A stretch of DNA of 64,000 nucleotides from Adineta vaga. Lineage: Eukaryota; Animalia; Rotifera. Below are positions 13,654-24,599 of the stretch, piece after piece; position 1 is the first letter of the stretch, and every line of letters starts with the position of its first letter. The stretch covers positions 682,001 through 746,000 of the forward strand of contig CP075496.1 in assembly GCA_021613535.1 (NCBI GenBank), given 5' to 3'. The translations under genes and the position numbers were made by a program. The notes under the pieces were generated by a model. The model did not search any database. It was not told where the DNA came from and saw only the letters and a list, made by a program, of their open reading frames with translations.

Positions 13654-15499
13654 TTTGGACTTGAGGAACATTGTTTTTTAGTGCTCTTTTCTGGAGAATG
13701 TTTTCAGAGGAAACCGATGTGGTGAGAAATGAATACACAGTGTGCTTGGAAGTCGTATTTATCGTACAATAACGTGTTTTGTTTTAAGCTCTTGATTTCC
13801 GACCGTGAGAGATGTGTTTATCATGTAAGTTGTTGATTTGTGTATGTCCGAGATAGCGAAATCCTGTGTTTGAAATGCACTATAATTTATCAGTTGAAGT
13901 TTGATGGGTATCATATGATATTTTGTGAAACTGTCTAGTGTTAATATAATGTCTTCTGAGTATTTTTCAATAGTGGAAAGGTTATGAAGAAGAAGGACGA
14001 TTGTCGATGCGTCTTATGAGTCTTTTAATGGGTCCGCTGCACTTATTACCATCGCTGGTCTATTAGGAACGACTGGGAAATTATTTCCTAAACATTCCGT
14101 TGTGCATGAAAACGTAGCAAAATATTTTTCCGAACTTTATTTTGAATATTTCTCATAATAGAGAGTTTAGTTCAAAGTCTGAGTGCCTCACAAATCGTTA
14201 CTATATTTGTAACGTTAGAGAGTTGGGGTTGACGTCAAGATAAAGTGGATGATGAGTTTGACAACTTTATTTAGTTGCTTCTTTGATTTGACGTTTGATG
14301 TCTAATGATAGAAAGATGTTTTGTATTCGTACATCTTTCAAGATAAAAAAGAAAGTTTTAGAGAAAAGAGTGTATCTCAGTCTCAACTAACTTATGTTTA
14401 GAGACACAATCTAGGATATAAATCGCATCTGGATGCAACTTCCGATATATTCGAACTTCAATGAAAGACGGCAAAATGCATTTGTAAACACAAACAGTGT
14501 TTCATGTTCACATAGTGACCCGTACTTATAGTCCCTTCCTGTTCATTATCATTCTGAGAATTACAAGAGTATGATTAATTCGCGAGTGGTAAAGTCGTTC
14601 TGTCTTGAGTTTACACATATTTCTTTTTGAATATATTGATCATCGGTGTCGATGAAACCGGCTATACTAGATCTATCGAAGCTTTTCATGCTGTGCATTC
14701 AAATAATTATCCATGATAATGAACATTTAGTTGTTGAATGTACATCCAAAATAGTTTCTTTATCTAATATGACAATTTTGTTTATTTGAGAAATCAATGT
14801 GAACTGCCTTTCTGAATTCATCGATTGTGATGAACATTCTTCTAAAATATACCATCGACGCATGTATCATGACATTTGTTTCATTGAACCAATGGCATAT
14901 TGATCACTGACTTTTAGACTATGAATATATTGATGAAGTATATAATTGTCACATTTACACTAAATGGAAATTTTCTTTCATATAATACTGATATTTTAAC
15001 AAAGATAAGATTATATCTGACATGAATTAACAAATAATATCTAACATTAGTCGAAAAGAGATAACAAAATTAATGATAAACTTTGCTTGGTTTGATTTAA
15101 TCAATTTTGATTGCAATGCTTTAAATATATTTGTAAAAAATATCGAATTCGTATAATAGTTACCTATAACCTTTGAACAATTTCACAGCATCCAAGCAAT
15201 GAGAACTCAAACGAGTGTTGCATCATAACCAAGGTAAAAATAAAGACATTATCAAACGTCATTCGAAAGACGAGCTGGTAAATTTTAAAATAATCGATTA
15301 TAAACGGATATTATCTATTGTCATAATTAGGTAAATAACTATTGAATCCATACAAAAAATTCAATAAACTCTTTTTCTTTATTTTTTAATACTTGATGTT
15401 TCCAGATAAAAACTTTCTCTTCTATCAGAAAACATATACATTTTGACCAAAAATATAGACTATATGATTGTTCGCTCTTTTTTCAATGTTTTAAATTCT

Positions 15500-16400
15500 A
15501 ATGAAAACAAATAATAATGTCGATGTCTTGCGTAGAAGAAGTTTTCTTTTCTACTTTCATGACAAAAGAAATAAAAACTTCTATATTTAGACTTACGAAA
15601 TGAGAACAAAATTAAAAATGAACACTCCGTAAATCTCATCTATATTTCTACTCATTTTGTTTCTTATTTATAGACAAGCAGTAATTTATTAGAGCAACTC
15701 TATTTTCATTTAATTATCATAAGTGTTCTAATCTTTTTTGATCATTGTCTTTGAAGGTAATATTTGTTTAAAGCATCATGTGATATATCCTTCTCATTAT
15801 CGTCTTTCGATAGATCCCTATTATTTTATTCTTCTATAGAATAATGTTGTCTATTCATTTATGTAAATCTAGGTTTATAATAGAAGACCTTCTGGAATAC
15901 GCGACTGTTTTTTTCGAAACCTATTTGATTCTCATTTGATCGTATCTTACGTTAGTATTACGAGAAACTATGTTTTATTTCAGATTCTCTGAACATTAAA
16001 AATCTATTGTGGAACACTTTCATATTATTTTCCTTCGACACAACTTGAGATCAATTGCCTCTATACTTTCCGAAATATACACAATACATTATGACTTTCT
16101 CATATAGCTCAATGGAATATTTACTCGTTGATAATTCAATATATTGTAATCAATTGATTTGTTTGTTATCGTGTGTTCCATAATTTCGTTAATGATCAGC
16201 AAATTTATTACGTCAATATGGTCCTACACAACCAAATTTATATGACATGATGTTGATTAATTTGACATATGCATCTTTTAAATTCAAATCCGAAGCAATT
16301 GATATTTTTGAACAATTTTTTATCAATCATTTTCCTTCTATGGAAATTTTATTCATCACATTAGATATTAGATGCATGAAAGCCAACTGTGAAAATAAAA
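15500..16400 (+). pseudogene. Degenerate remnant of a bdelloid F-box/LRR-like gene
   Basis: Fragment INLTYASFKFKSEAIDIFEQFFINHFPSMEILFITLDIRCMKANCE resembles this family; other frames are riddled with stops. Boundaries approximate. Confidence 0.35.
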
Positions 16401-16418
16401 AGAGTTTTTCAGAAAATT

Positions 16419-16674
16419 ATTTTCTCTTTATATCTAGGTTGATTTGTACACATATTCCAGTGTTGCAAGTGCACCTGTTTATGTTAAGCTCTCAAATAGA
16501 CCGAAAAAGTGAATTAAGCTACAGTCGAATCACGCTTTTTGCTTGCTGCCGATTGACTCAATTCAGCCCTAACCTGATTCACTTTCTCAGTCTGTTTTTG
16601 ACCTTGTAATATAAACAGACGCACTTGCAGTACTTGAATACGTGTACAAATCAACCTAGATATAAAAAGAAAAT
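16419..16674. mobile_element. Fold-back (near-palindromic) MITE
   Basis: tatatctaggttgatttgtacac (16429-) is the exact reverse complement of gtgtacaaatcaacctagatata (-16664); the arms continue with mismatches for ~100 bp. Confidence 0.8.
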
Positions 16675-18119
16675 CGTTCTACTTATTTTGTTTCTAATAT
16701 CCCACTAACCATTTCTCTGCAATATAGATCGGTCTAAATATAAAAGAAGAAAATATTTAGTTTTCTAAATAAAATATAACTCACATTTCGTTAGACTTTC
16801 GATCTGAATCTAAATGACAATAGGAAATATTTAATCTAAAATTCAAAATATCACTCAACTTTAATTAGATATGGCTATGAACCGAAATGATAACAATAAA
16901 TATTTAACATATTGTTTTGAAAATAAATCATTTTTACCCACATATCTATAGAAACCTAAGTGATAATAGAGAATGTTTTATTTCGTATTTGAAATATTAC
17001 TTACTCTTAATCAGATATCGATATGTACCTATACAACAATAAGAAATATTTCATATGATATTGAGTTTCGAAAGCTGTCCGAATAGAAAGAGGGATTGAA
17101 CAAGTCGTATTGAATATATATCTTGATAGCTTCTGAAAAACTTGAAATCTGTGGATGAAATTCGATGTAGATTCCGATAACATTCTAAGAATCTGAGTAC
17201 TGCTTAAACCAAAAACAAAAGTTGTGTGTAGCAATTAAAAGAATTTTTTTTCGCAAACTTCAATCACAAAATGTTTTTGGTAAAAAGTCACCATTTGGGT
17301 CACTTATCATCTTTCATAAGTTTCATACGGGACCCATGCTTTGGAGTTAAGTTTTCGAGTATTATAAAATCCTCAGCCCGTCCCTGTCTGCTAGTCTCAT
17401 TATATAAAGATATCTTCTATGCTCAAGAGTATACAAATACCCCTACATACTATCAGTTGATGACTGCGTGATATCTCTACATAATCGAATAGAGGAACCG
17501 CTGAAAAAGATCATTTTATTTGTACAGAATATTTTTATAAGATTGAGCTCGGTGAAATGATAAACTTTTGAATAGTTCTTTAGTTCATTTCATCAGAGTT
17601 CATGGACTTGAGCTTATCAACTCCTACCCTCTATTGTTGACATAACATATAAGTTAGTTTGAGCAATATTAGAGTCGTTCTCTGTTAACTTGTAACTGGC
17701 CTGAACATGATTTTGTTACATGTAAGTAATAAGTGCAAAACCTCCCTCAGATTTGGATGACTGAAAAATTGCTTGGAATAATCATATACTGATAGTGGAC
17801 TCCCACCATCGTCGATGCAAAACATTAAGTTGTTCAGTTCATACCTAAGATCGTTATTGACAACTTGAAATGGCCAAAGCATTTCCGTTTTTTGTTATGA
17901 CAAAACTCAAAAGAGAAAAGAAAGTTGTTAAATTGTTGTTGACTTGCATGAACAAACGAACGTATATACATTTTTTTCAGTGTGTGACTCTCTTCTTCAG
18001 TTGAGGAAACTTACGATACTCCAAGATTCACTGGGGCAGCTATATCAGGTTGCGGATTTTAGAGAAGAAACTTTACATTTAGTAACGTTGAAGGAAAAAA
18101 TCTATATGATTCAATATTA

Positions 18120-18475
18120 TCAGACCGAACCCTTTCAAACTGAGTATTTTTGGGCAGAACCCTTTGGGTTCAAAATAAATAAAACAGGACTTTTTAAAGT
18201 TCTGCAGATGTACTAACGAACCAACTGGATTCAGTTTCGTCTCACGAAGGAGTTTTCAAGGTTCAGTAGAAAAATAACTAAACCTTCTATAGTTTAAAGG
18301 ATGACTGACAGAACTCTTCATAGTTTAGAATTGTCGGACAAAACCCTTTGTAGTTCAGAATTGTTGCCCAGAACCTTTCTTGGTTTCTCATATGTCATAC
18401 AGAACTTTTTCTGGTTCTGGAGATGTTGCAGAACCCAAAAAGGTTTTGGAACACTCCTTTTTTTCTTTCAGAGAA
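18120..18475. repeat. Degenerate ~30-bp tandem repeats (cagaaccYttt...gttc), resembling CACTA/EnSpm subterminal arrays
   Basis: Units start with cagaac/caaaac at ~30-bp spacing from ~18309 to ~18450 and end in ccttttttt-ctttcagag. Confidence 0.5.
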
Positions 18476-18639
18476 TAGATAGAAACAATTAATATCATTC
18501 TATTTATCAAATTTACATATTCTTAATGTTCGACTAGTACCGATCGGTCCACAGAAAGAACATCTAAATAGAGGATTTTGTTCAGTTTTCGATGCTGTAT
18601 CTTTTAGTATATTAAACGAATAATTTCATAAAGCTCTTA

Positions 18640-18803
18640 CCCAGGTCGGCAGATCCGATAGGATCCGCAACCGACAGAATCCGAAGTAATTCCGTCACCG
18701 GGAATTTCGACAGGATATTGTCGAATCATCGGATTCCGATAGAATCCGGCATTGGATCGGATCGGATCGGATCGGATCCGAGTATCGGATTGGTCGACCT
18801 GGG
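18640..18803. mobile_element. MITE, CCCAGGTC...GACCTGGG family
   Basis: Perfect 9-bp TIR cccaggtcg/cgacctggg; flanks tta/tta; internal (ggatc)n repeat. Confidence 0.85.
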
Positions 18804-20249
18804 TTAGAGTCTAAATAAATCTCGACTTCTGGGCATATTTTTTGACAAATCTCAAAATAGTTTCGGGAGTGGTTGTCAGTAAAATTGATGTATTCTTTAT
18901 TCGTTCAACCAGGTGCGCTAAAATTTGGATCCCGAGGTTTTCAATGATGCTGAACAAAATCAAAACCTGAAATAAAGAAAAGAAATTTTAATGAGTGTTT
19001 CTTCTCTTTAAGAGAGTTTTTAAAGAATATAGACGCGTTAATCATCATTATAGTTCTTTCAGAGGGGCCAGCGAATCCTACGGATGAGCGTTACTTGTTT
19101 AGTTTTTATGTAATAGAAATGGTAATGTTAATCGAGTTGATAAAGATGGTGATACATGTTTACATGAAGCATTAAGACATCATTCATTTCAACATAAAAG
19201 AAATTGGAGAAAAAGCAAAAGTTTGTTTTAGTTTTTCTATTGAAACATTTCGATAAATTTATTTTTCTGAAATTAGATCATGAAGAAATTTATCAATTCA
19301 AATGATTATAATAATCAAAGAAGTGTTTTAATAAGTTGTACATTAGTTATGTTTGGAGCAGATTTAACAATAAGAAATCAACAAAATCAAATTCCATTTG
19401 ATCTTTGTTCAGACAATAAACATGAGATAATATTTCATCCATGTTTACATATTGTTACATGTCAATCATGTGCTAATCGAATGAAAAAATGTTTATTATG
19501 TAAACAAAAGATTCAAATAAAAACTAAAGTAAGAAAAGGATTTTTTCTCTATATTAATTAGAAATTCTTTCTTTGAGATTGAACAATGTCAAATTTGTTC
19601 GAAAAGAAAAGCATCAATTACACATAAACCATGAGGACATTTTATTGTTTTTCAAGGTAAAAATATACGAATATTATTTAATCTTTTAATAATTGTTTCG
19701 TACAGAATGTGTTGATTTCAATAAACCTTGTTCATTATGTCAAATATCAATTGAGTCAATTGTATCATTTAATGAACTTTGTATTGAAACAATTTCATCA
19801 ACTAATGATAATAACACAAATGATTCATTGACATTAACTAGTTTACAACAACAATTAGAAGAAATTCGTGAACAAGTTCATTGTCCAATTTGTATGGATC
19901 GATTAAAAGATATGATCTTTTTATGTGGACATGGTGTTTGTCAAAATTGTGGAAATCGTCTTCAAGAATATCCTATATGTCGAAAACAAATTGAAAAATC
20001 AATTATTTTATATACATAGACTAAAGAATAGATTTATATTTTAATAAAAGAAACAGTTAATTCTATGATCCTTATCACAAAAAAGATCATTTTGCTCGAA
20101 TAAAATGAAGTTTTTCAAAAACAACACAAGAGATTCTCTATACAATAGTCTCTTATTCTTGTCGTAGTTTGAAAAGCTTTTTATTCCTATTTAACATTAT
20201 TGTTATCTGATCATTAAGAACGATTTTTCAATAAGAAAATTAATTTATT

Positions 20250-21552
20250 TTACACGAGATAAAATGAAGGAATACTAAAGTTATGTTTTAATGAAGGAAA
20301 ATATTCTTGAAAAGATTTCCAAGATCTCCATGGACCATAAGAAATGAAATCATTAACTTTCGAACAATTCATTCGAGTATCTTCCCTTCTAAAATAATCT
20401 GTTTCATGTATAAGTGCACTATCATTTATACGAAGACGAATATTATTTCGAAAAAATGTTCTTGTATCACATAGAAATTCTTCAATGTAATCAAAATAAA
20501 TATCTACAATGTCAAGTTCAATTAGATGAAAATATTGAACGATTAATTTGGAAGATTGTTTATATTTTTGTGGTTGACGATTGCACAAAATGAGTTTTTC
20601 TACACATGGAAATAATTGTGATATTCGTAGAAAAAATTCATGTTCAAAAGGTTTTTCTTCATATAATGATATTAGACGAAGAGTTGGATAATATCCACCT
20701 GGATATTGATTTGATATATTTGGATGAAATGACATTTGTGATGGATATGTATAAATATGATATTGAGATTGATTTAGATATGGAAAATGATCTATATAAG
20801 ATAGAATTTGTCTATTTGGAAAATCTTCTTTTGTTGGTAAAATGATTTCATTATTTATTGTCATAATTGAATGAATATCAAATGTAAATTGATTTAATCG
20901 TAAAAAATGATTAATAATATCATTTGTTAAATTTAATCTATCAATGAAAATTTTCTCGACTGAAATTGATAAATTAAGTCTTTCTAAATTTGACATTCGA
21001 TAAAGAAATGGAAGAATCAATTTATCATAAAAATCTGTTGGCTAAAAACAAGATAAAGAAAAATAATTCCGTTTCGTTTTCTTTCTAATAAAAAAACAAA
21101 CTTTATTTGGAACATTTCTACATAGAGAAATGTCGGCAGATTCCACAATGAGAGTTTGAAGTTGATTGAAACGACCATCGACAAGAAATCAATAGATATC
21201 AAAACTATGAATCTTTATCTTTAATACAAACAAAGTCGATGAACAAAATTTCATCGGTGGATCACATCGTAACTCAACTATATTTGAATATGATGATTCA
21301 GTAAATATTAAATGAGTTAGTTTTCTAAATATAACAAATATATGATTGATTAAATATTCCATTGTTTTATATTGTTGCGTATTTGGAAGAGGAAGAATAC
21401 TTATAACAAGTTTAGAAATTTGTTTTTCAAAGAGATCATTTGAAAGAGATTTCATATAAATTAGGATAATCAGCACTATGTAGAATTTGTCTGAAAATTA
21501 ACATAAAAATTTCATCAGGTAAATCATTGAATTTAATACATGATAGATTCAT
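20250..21552 (-). pseudogene. Near-identical duplicate of the F-box/LRR-like gene at 2484-3786
   Basis: Constant offset of 17766 bp; the 256-aa ORFs differ at 4 residues. Confidence 0.65.
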
Positions 21553-21764
21553 TTTTTTATCTTCAAATGAATATTTACTCTACCTATCAACCTTCGATCT
21601 ATATATATATATATATATGTTCTTTTGTTCGCTTCAGTCAATATCAGCAGTAGAGAAAATTCGATAGTCGAGTTTGTCAATGACTGATCTGATGTTATTC
21701 TCTTTCTCTTTCTTTTTCGTTGCTTTCGCTGTTATGTCATATGAAATATGTTCGTATTTATTCA

Positions 21765-21980
21765 TTCCTGAGGAGGAGTGATACAGGGATTTTTTTCAAA
21801 AAAATCTTTTGCTCATAATTATTGACAACATATATAAACAAAATGTACAAAAAGTGCATCGAGAAATCAAATTACCGATATGTCTCAGATAAGCAATGGT
21901 TTTGAGGTTTCTCAAACGTCTGGTTTAGTAGCCAGTCAAGAGGGCTATCGAAATATAAAAAGCTGAACTTGATAGTAATT
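21765..21980 (+). mobile_element. Fragment of a family A Helentron-like element
   Basis: Similar to 3950-4250; truncated where a CCCAGGTC MITE end begins. Confidence 0.55.
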
Positions 21981-21981
21981 A

Positions 21982-22100
21982 CCCAGGTCGGTCGTTCCGA
22001 CCTCCGGAACCATCGGAAAAATCCCCATTTTTTGTTGATGAAAAATCATATTTCGGAAGTTTTTCGGATCCGCAAGTTACCATCCGTTACCGTCGGAACA
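21982..22100. mobile_element. Truncated CCCAGGTC MITE (one end only)
   Basis: tta-cccaggtcggtcgttccgac followed by ccgga-rich sequence; no right TIR seen. Confidence 0.55.
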
Positions 22101-22829
22101 AAGAGATGTAAGCAGTTCAAGAAGAAAATGAACACAAAACGACAAGTCTTCCTATTCCGCGATCTTGAACTGATTTCTAAAACTATATAAATATGAAAAG
22201 AACAGCCAAGAACATCGACGAATATTTAATTTTATTCATAATCTACTGTTTTCTGAGAGAAAAAAGGATAATTTCACTCCTATATTTGACAAGTTGTAGG
22301 AAACCGCTATTCGTGTGCATACATTTCGCAAAATAGAATAAAAACAAAGGTCTCAATTACTATGTTAATAGAAAATATTCGTCCCTTTCTTTTCGAAAGT
22401 CTCAAAAATATTGTTTGTTGCAATATCAGACAGACGCATCGTTAATGTAGATATATATCTATAACATCTATATGAAAAGTAAACTTGATTGAATTAACAG
22501 TAATGATTGGAGATTACTCTCAATGATATATTGAATATTTATGTATGATTCACAACGATGATGAGAAATGGTAAAATATTATTTTTATTATTATTCACAT
22601 TTTATTGCAAATTAAAAAGGAAATTTGTCACAAACTGATTCAATGATTAACAATCGACAGAATATTGCATACCATTTTGATGACAAATATTTTACATATG
22701 ATGTAGAGGTGAAAGAAGAAAACCTTGTGTATATAGAAGAGTCAGAAAGAAAAAGAAACCTTCGCGGTATATCGTCAACGTGGTGTCTCATGGTCATTAG
22801 TTTCTCATAGTCGATATTATTACCAAGTT

Positions 22830-24580
22830 ATGAGCTACTACGACGATTACGATGATGATTGTCTATCTGACGATGATGATGTCTACTATCATAATTATAG
22901 TGTAGATTATGCTAATCAACTTTTAGGTGGACATCATGCTATTACATCATGTTTACCACGTACACGTCGAAAGCATCATCGACATACACCACGTCTGGTT
23001 CGAGTATCGACATTGGATCAGATGCCGATTATAAGTCGGCCTCAGATTGTTCCATCCTTACATAGTCAACCAAAATATGGTAATAATCAAGAAATTCCAC
23101 TGCCACCATCTGCTCTTCCTTCACGTTTACCATCATTGGAAGCAACTAATGAAGAAATGGAACGAAGGGTATCCCGAAGACCTCAACCAATATTAGAAGT
23201 TCGTAGAGAATATCTTTATGTGATCAAGAAAAGCTATTTCTTTTTCTTCATATTATTTCATAGGAAGCTGAAGATAATGATGGCCCACCAATTATTAATA
23301 ATATTAATGATATAAATAATAATATTCCAACAGAAAATACACATCGACCTTTGACTGAAGATGAATTGAGACAAGTTCAACAACAACAAGCAGCTTTTCA
23401 ACAACATTTACTTAATATGCAACGTCGTTTATTGGAACAGGCGAACGAAGCAGAAGAGCGACAGAAACAACCGACTCCAGAGATGTCATGTTCGACATCT
23501 CATTGTGCAAAGAAAAGATCAAAAGTATCATTTCATGATTTAGAATGTGATGATGATCAAGCTGAAATTGCTGAATTAATTGAAAATGACCCGTATTTTG
23601 CTGCAGCTATGGAAGATTTTGCACATACTCATGGATTATTACATAATCATCGTCATAGGTACTTTTAATCTTGGATTATAGATTTCGAAGTAATTCTTTT
23701 TTTTAGAACTCACTCACACAATTCTTCTCATCATTCCCAAAAATCGCAGCATATATGTAAACGACATCGAACTCAATTTCAAAAGAAACCGTCATCTCGT
23801 TTATCTCAATCATCATCATCGTCATCGGTTCCTTCAGTTCGTAATGTAGCATCTAATCCAAAAGGTCCAAATACAGATCTAATTCTCTTGCGAGAATTGC
23901 AAGGTATTCGTCTTGTAATGGAAGAATATGTTCGTGAAAAACGAGATCGACCAAGTCCAGTATATTGGCCTACACCGAATGGTCAAGGTCCAATATCAAC
24001 ATCATCTGGGATCCATTATCCACCAGTTCCACCTGTGACTGATTATCAACCAGCGATGGTTCCGCGTGAGCGGCCTCAAACAATTTCAGAACCAAGTCGA
24101 GTTGTTTATCAGAATGTTGTCAATGCTGTAAAAGAAGTTATTGATCGACGTTCACCTACTCAACGTGAACAACCGCTCAAACCAAGTGATATTGATCCAA
24201 AACTAAAACATGTTTACACACGGCGACCTCAAATTCCTCCTTCAAATCTCTCCCGACCAACACAACAACGACAACAACAACCACCACCACCACAACAAAA
24301 TCGTCGTCGATCATCTGAGTCATCAACACAATCATCTACAAATATTCCTGTATGTTCACAAATCTAATTTTATTTTCATTATTATTCTAATAAATCTCTT
24401 CAATTTTAGCCTGCACCTCCTTATGAATCTCTTACAAATTTTTCTTCCACTCGTTCAACCGCAACAACAATGAATCAAAATCGAGCATTATCATATGGAA
24501 GTCGTGAGAAAAAATCTCATATTTATGATACACTTTTCCCCGGACATTATTTACGTTTATATTCTAATAAATTGAATTAA
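22830..24580 (+). CDS. Uncharacterised, low-complexity Pro/Ser/Gln-rich protein (4 exons)
   Basis: ORFs 22830-, 23351- and 23888- appear joined by short GT-AG introns; last exon PAPPYESL...LYSNKLN* with TAA ending at 24580. No recognisable domain. Confidence 0.7.
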
Positions 24581-24599
24581 AATCCAATGAACAAAATGA

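Larger units (their letters stand above)
10687..19097 (+). mobile_element. ~8.4-kb Helentron/DINE-1-like element (family B) with large internal cargo
   Basis: 5' end attcccttttctgaaagaaagggctata plus ttaaagttcgtttgtttgtcc microsatellite. 3' end ttctttcagagggg (inverted match to the 5' motif), hairpin gcgaatcc-tac-ggatgagc, then gttacttg. Both ends lie in one T-run of the mib intron; ends and core are shared with the 62195-63388 element. Confidence 0.65.
8925..20019 (+). pseudogene. Second, degenerate mind-bomb-like copy (exons at ~8925-9865 and ~19103-20019) split by ~9.2 kb of insertions
   Basis: Colinear similarity to 150-2253. In-frame stops (e.g. ccaTGAgga near 19631), frameshifts, a 149-bp deletion, and a RING Cys>Tyr change (QEYPICRK vs QECPICRK). 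Confidence 0.85.

Noticed and set aside
17240-17900. Helitron-like end near 17411 and the 65-aa ORF at 17685-17882
   Set aside because: No partner end was found and I could not assign the peptide to a family.
18120-18475. CRISPR-like array of ~30-bp units
   Set aside because: The units are degenerate and contiguous with no unique spacers, the context is eukaryotic, and there are no cas genes. TE subterminal repeats explain it better.
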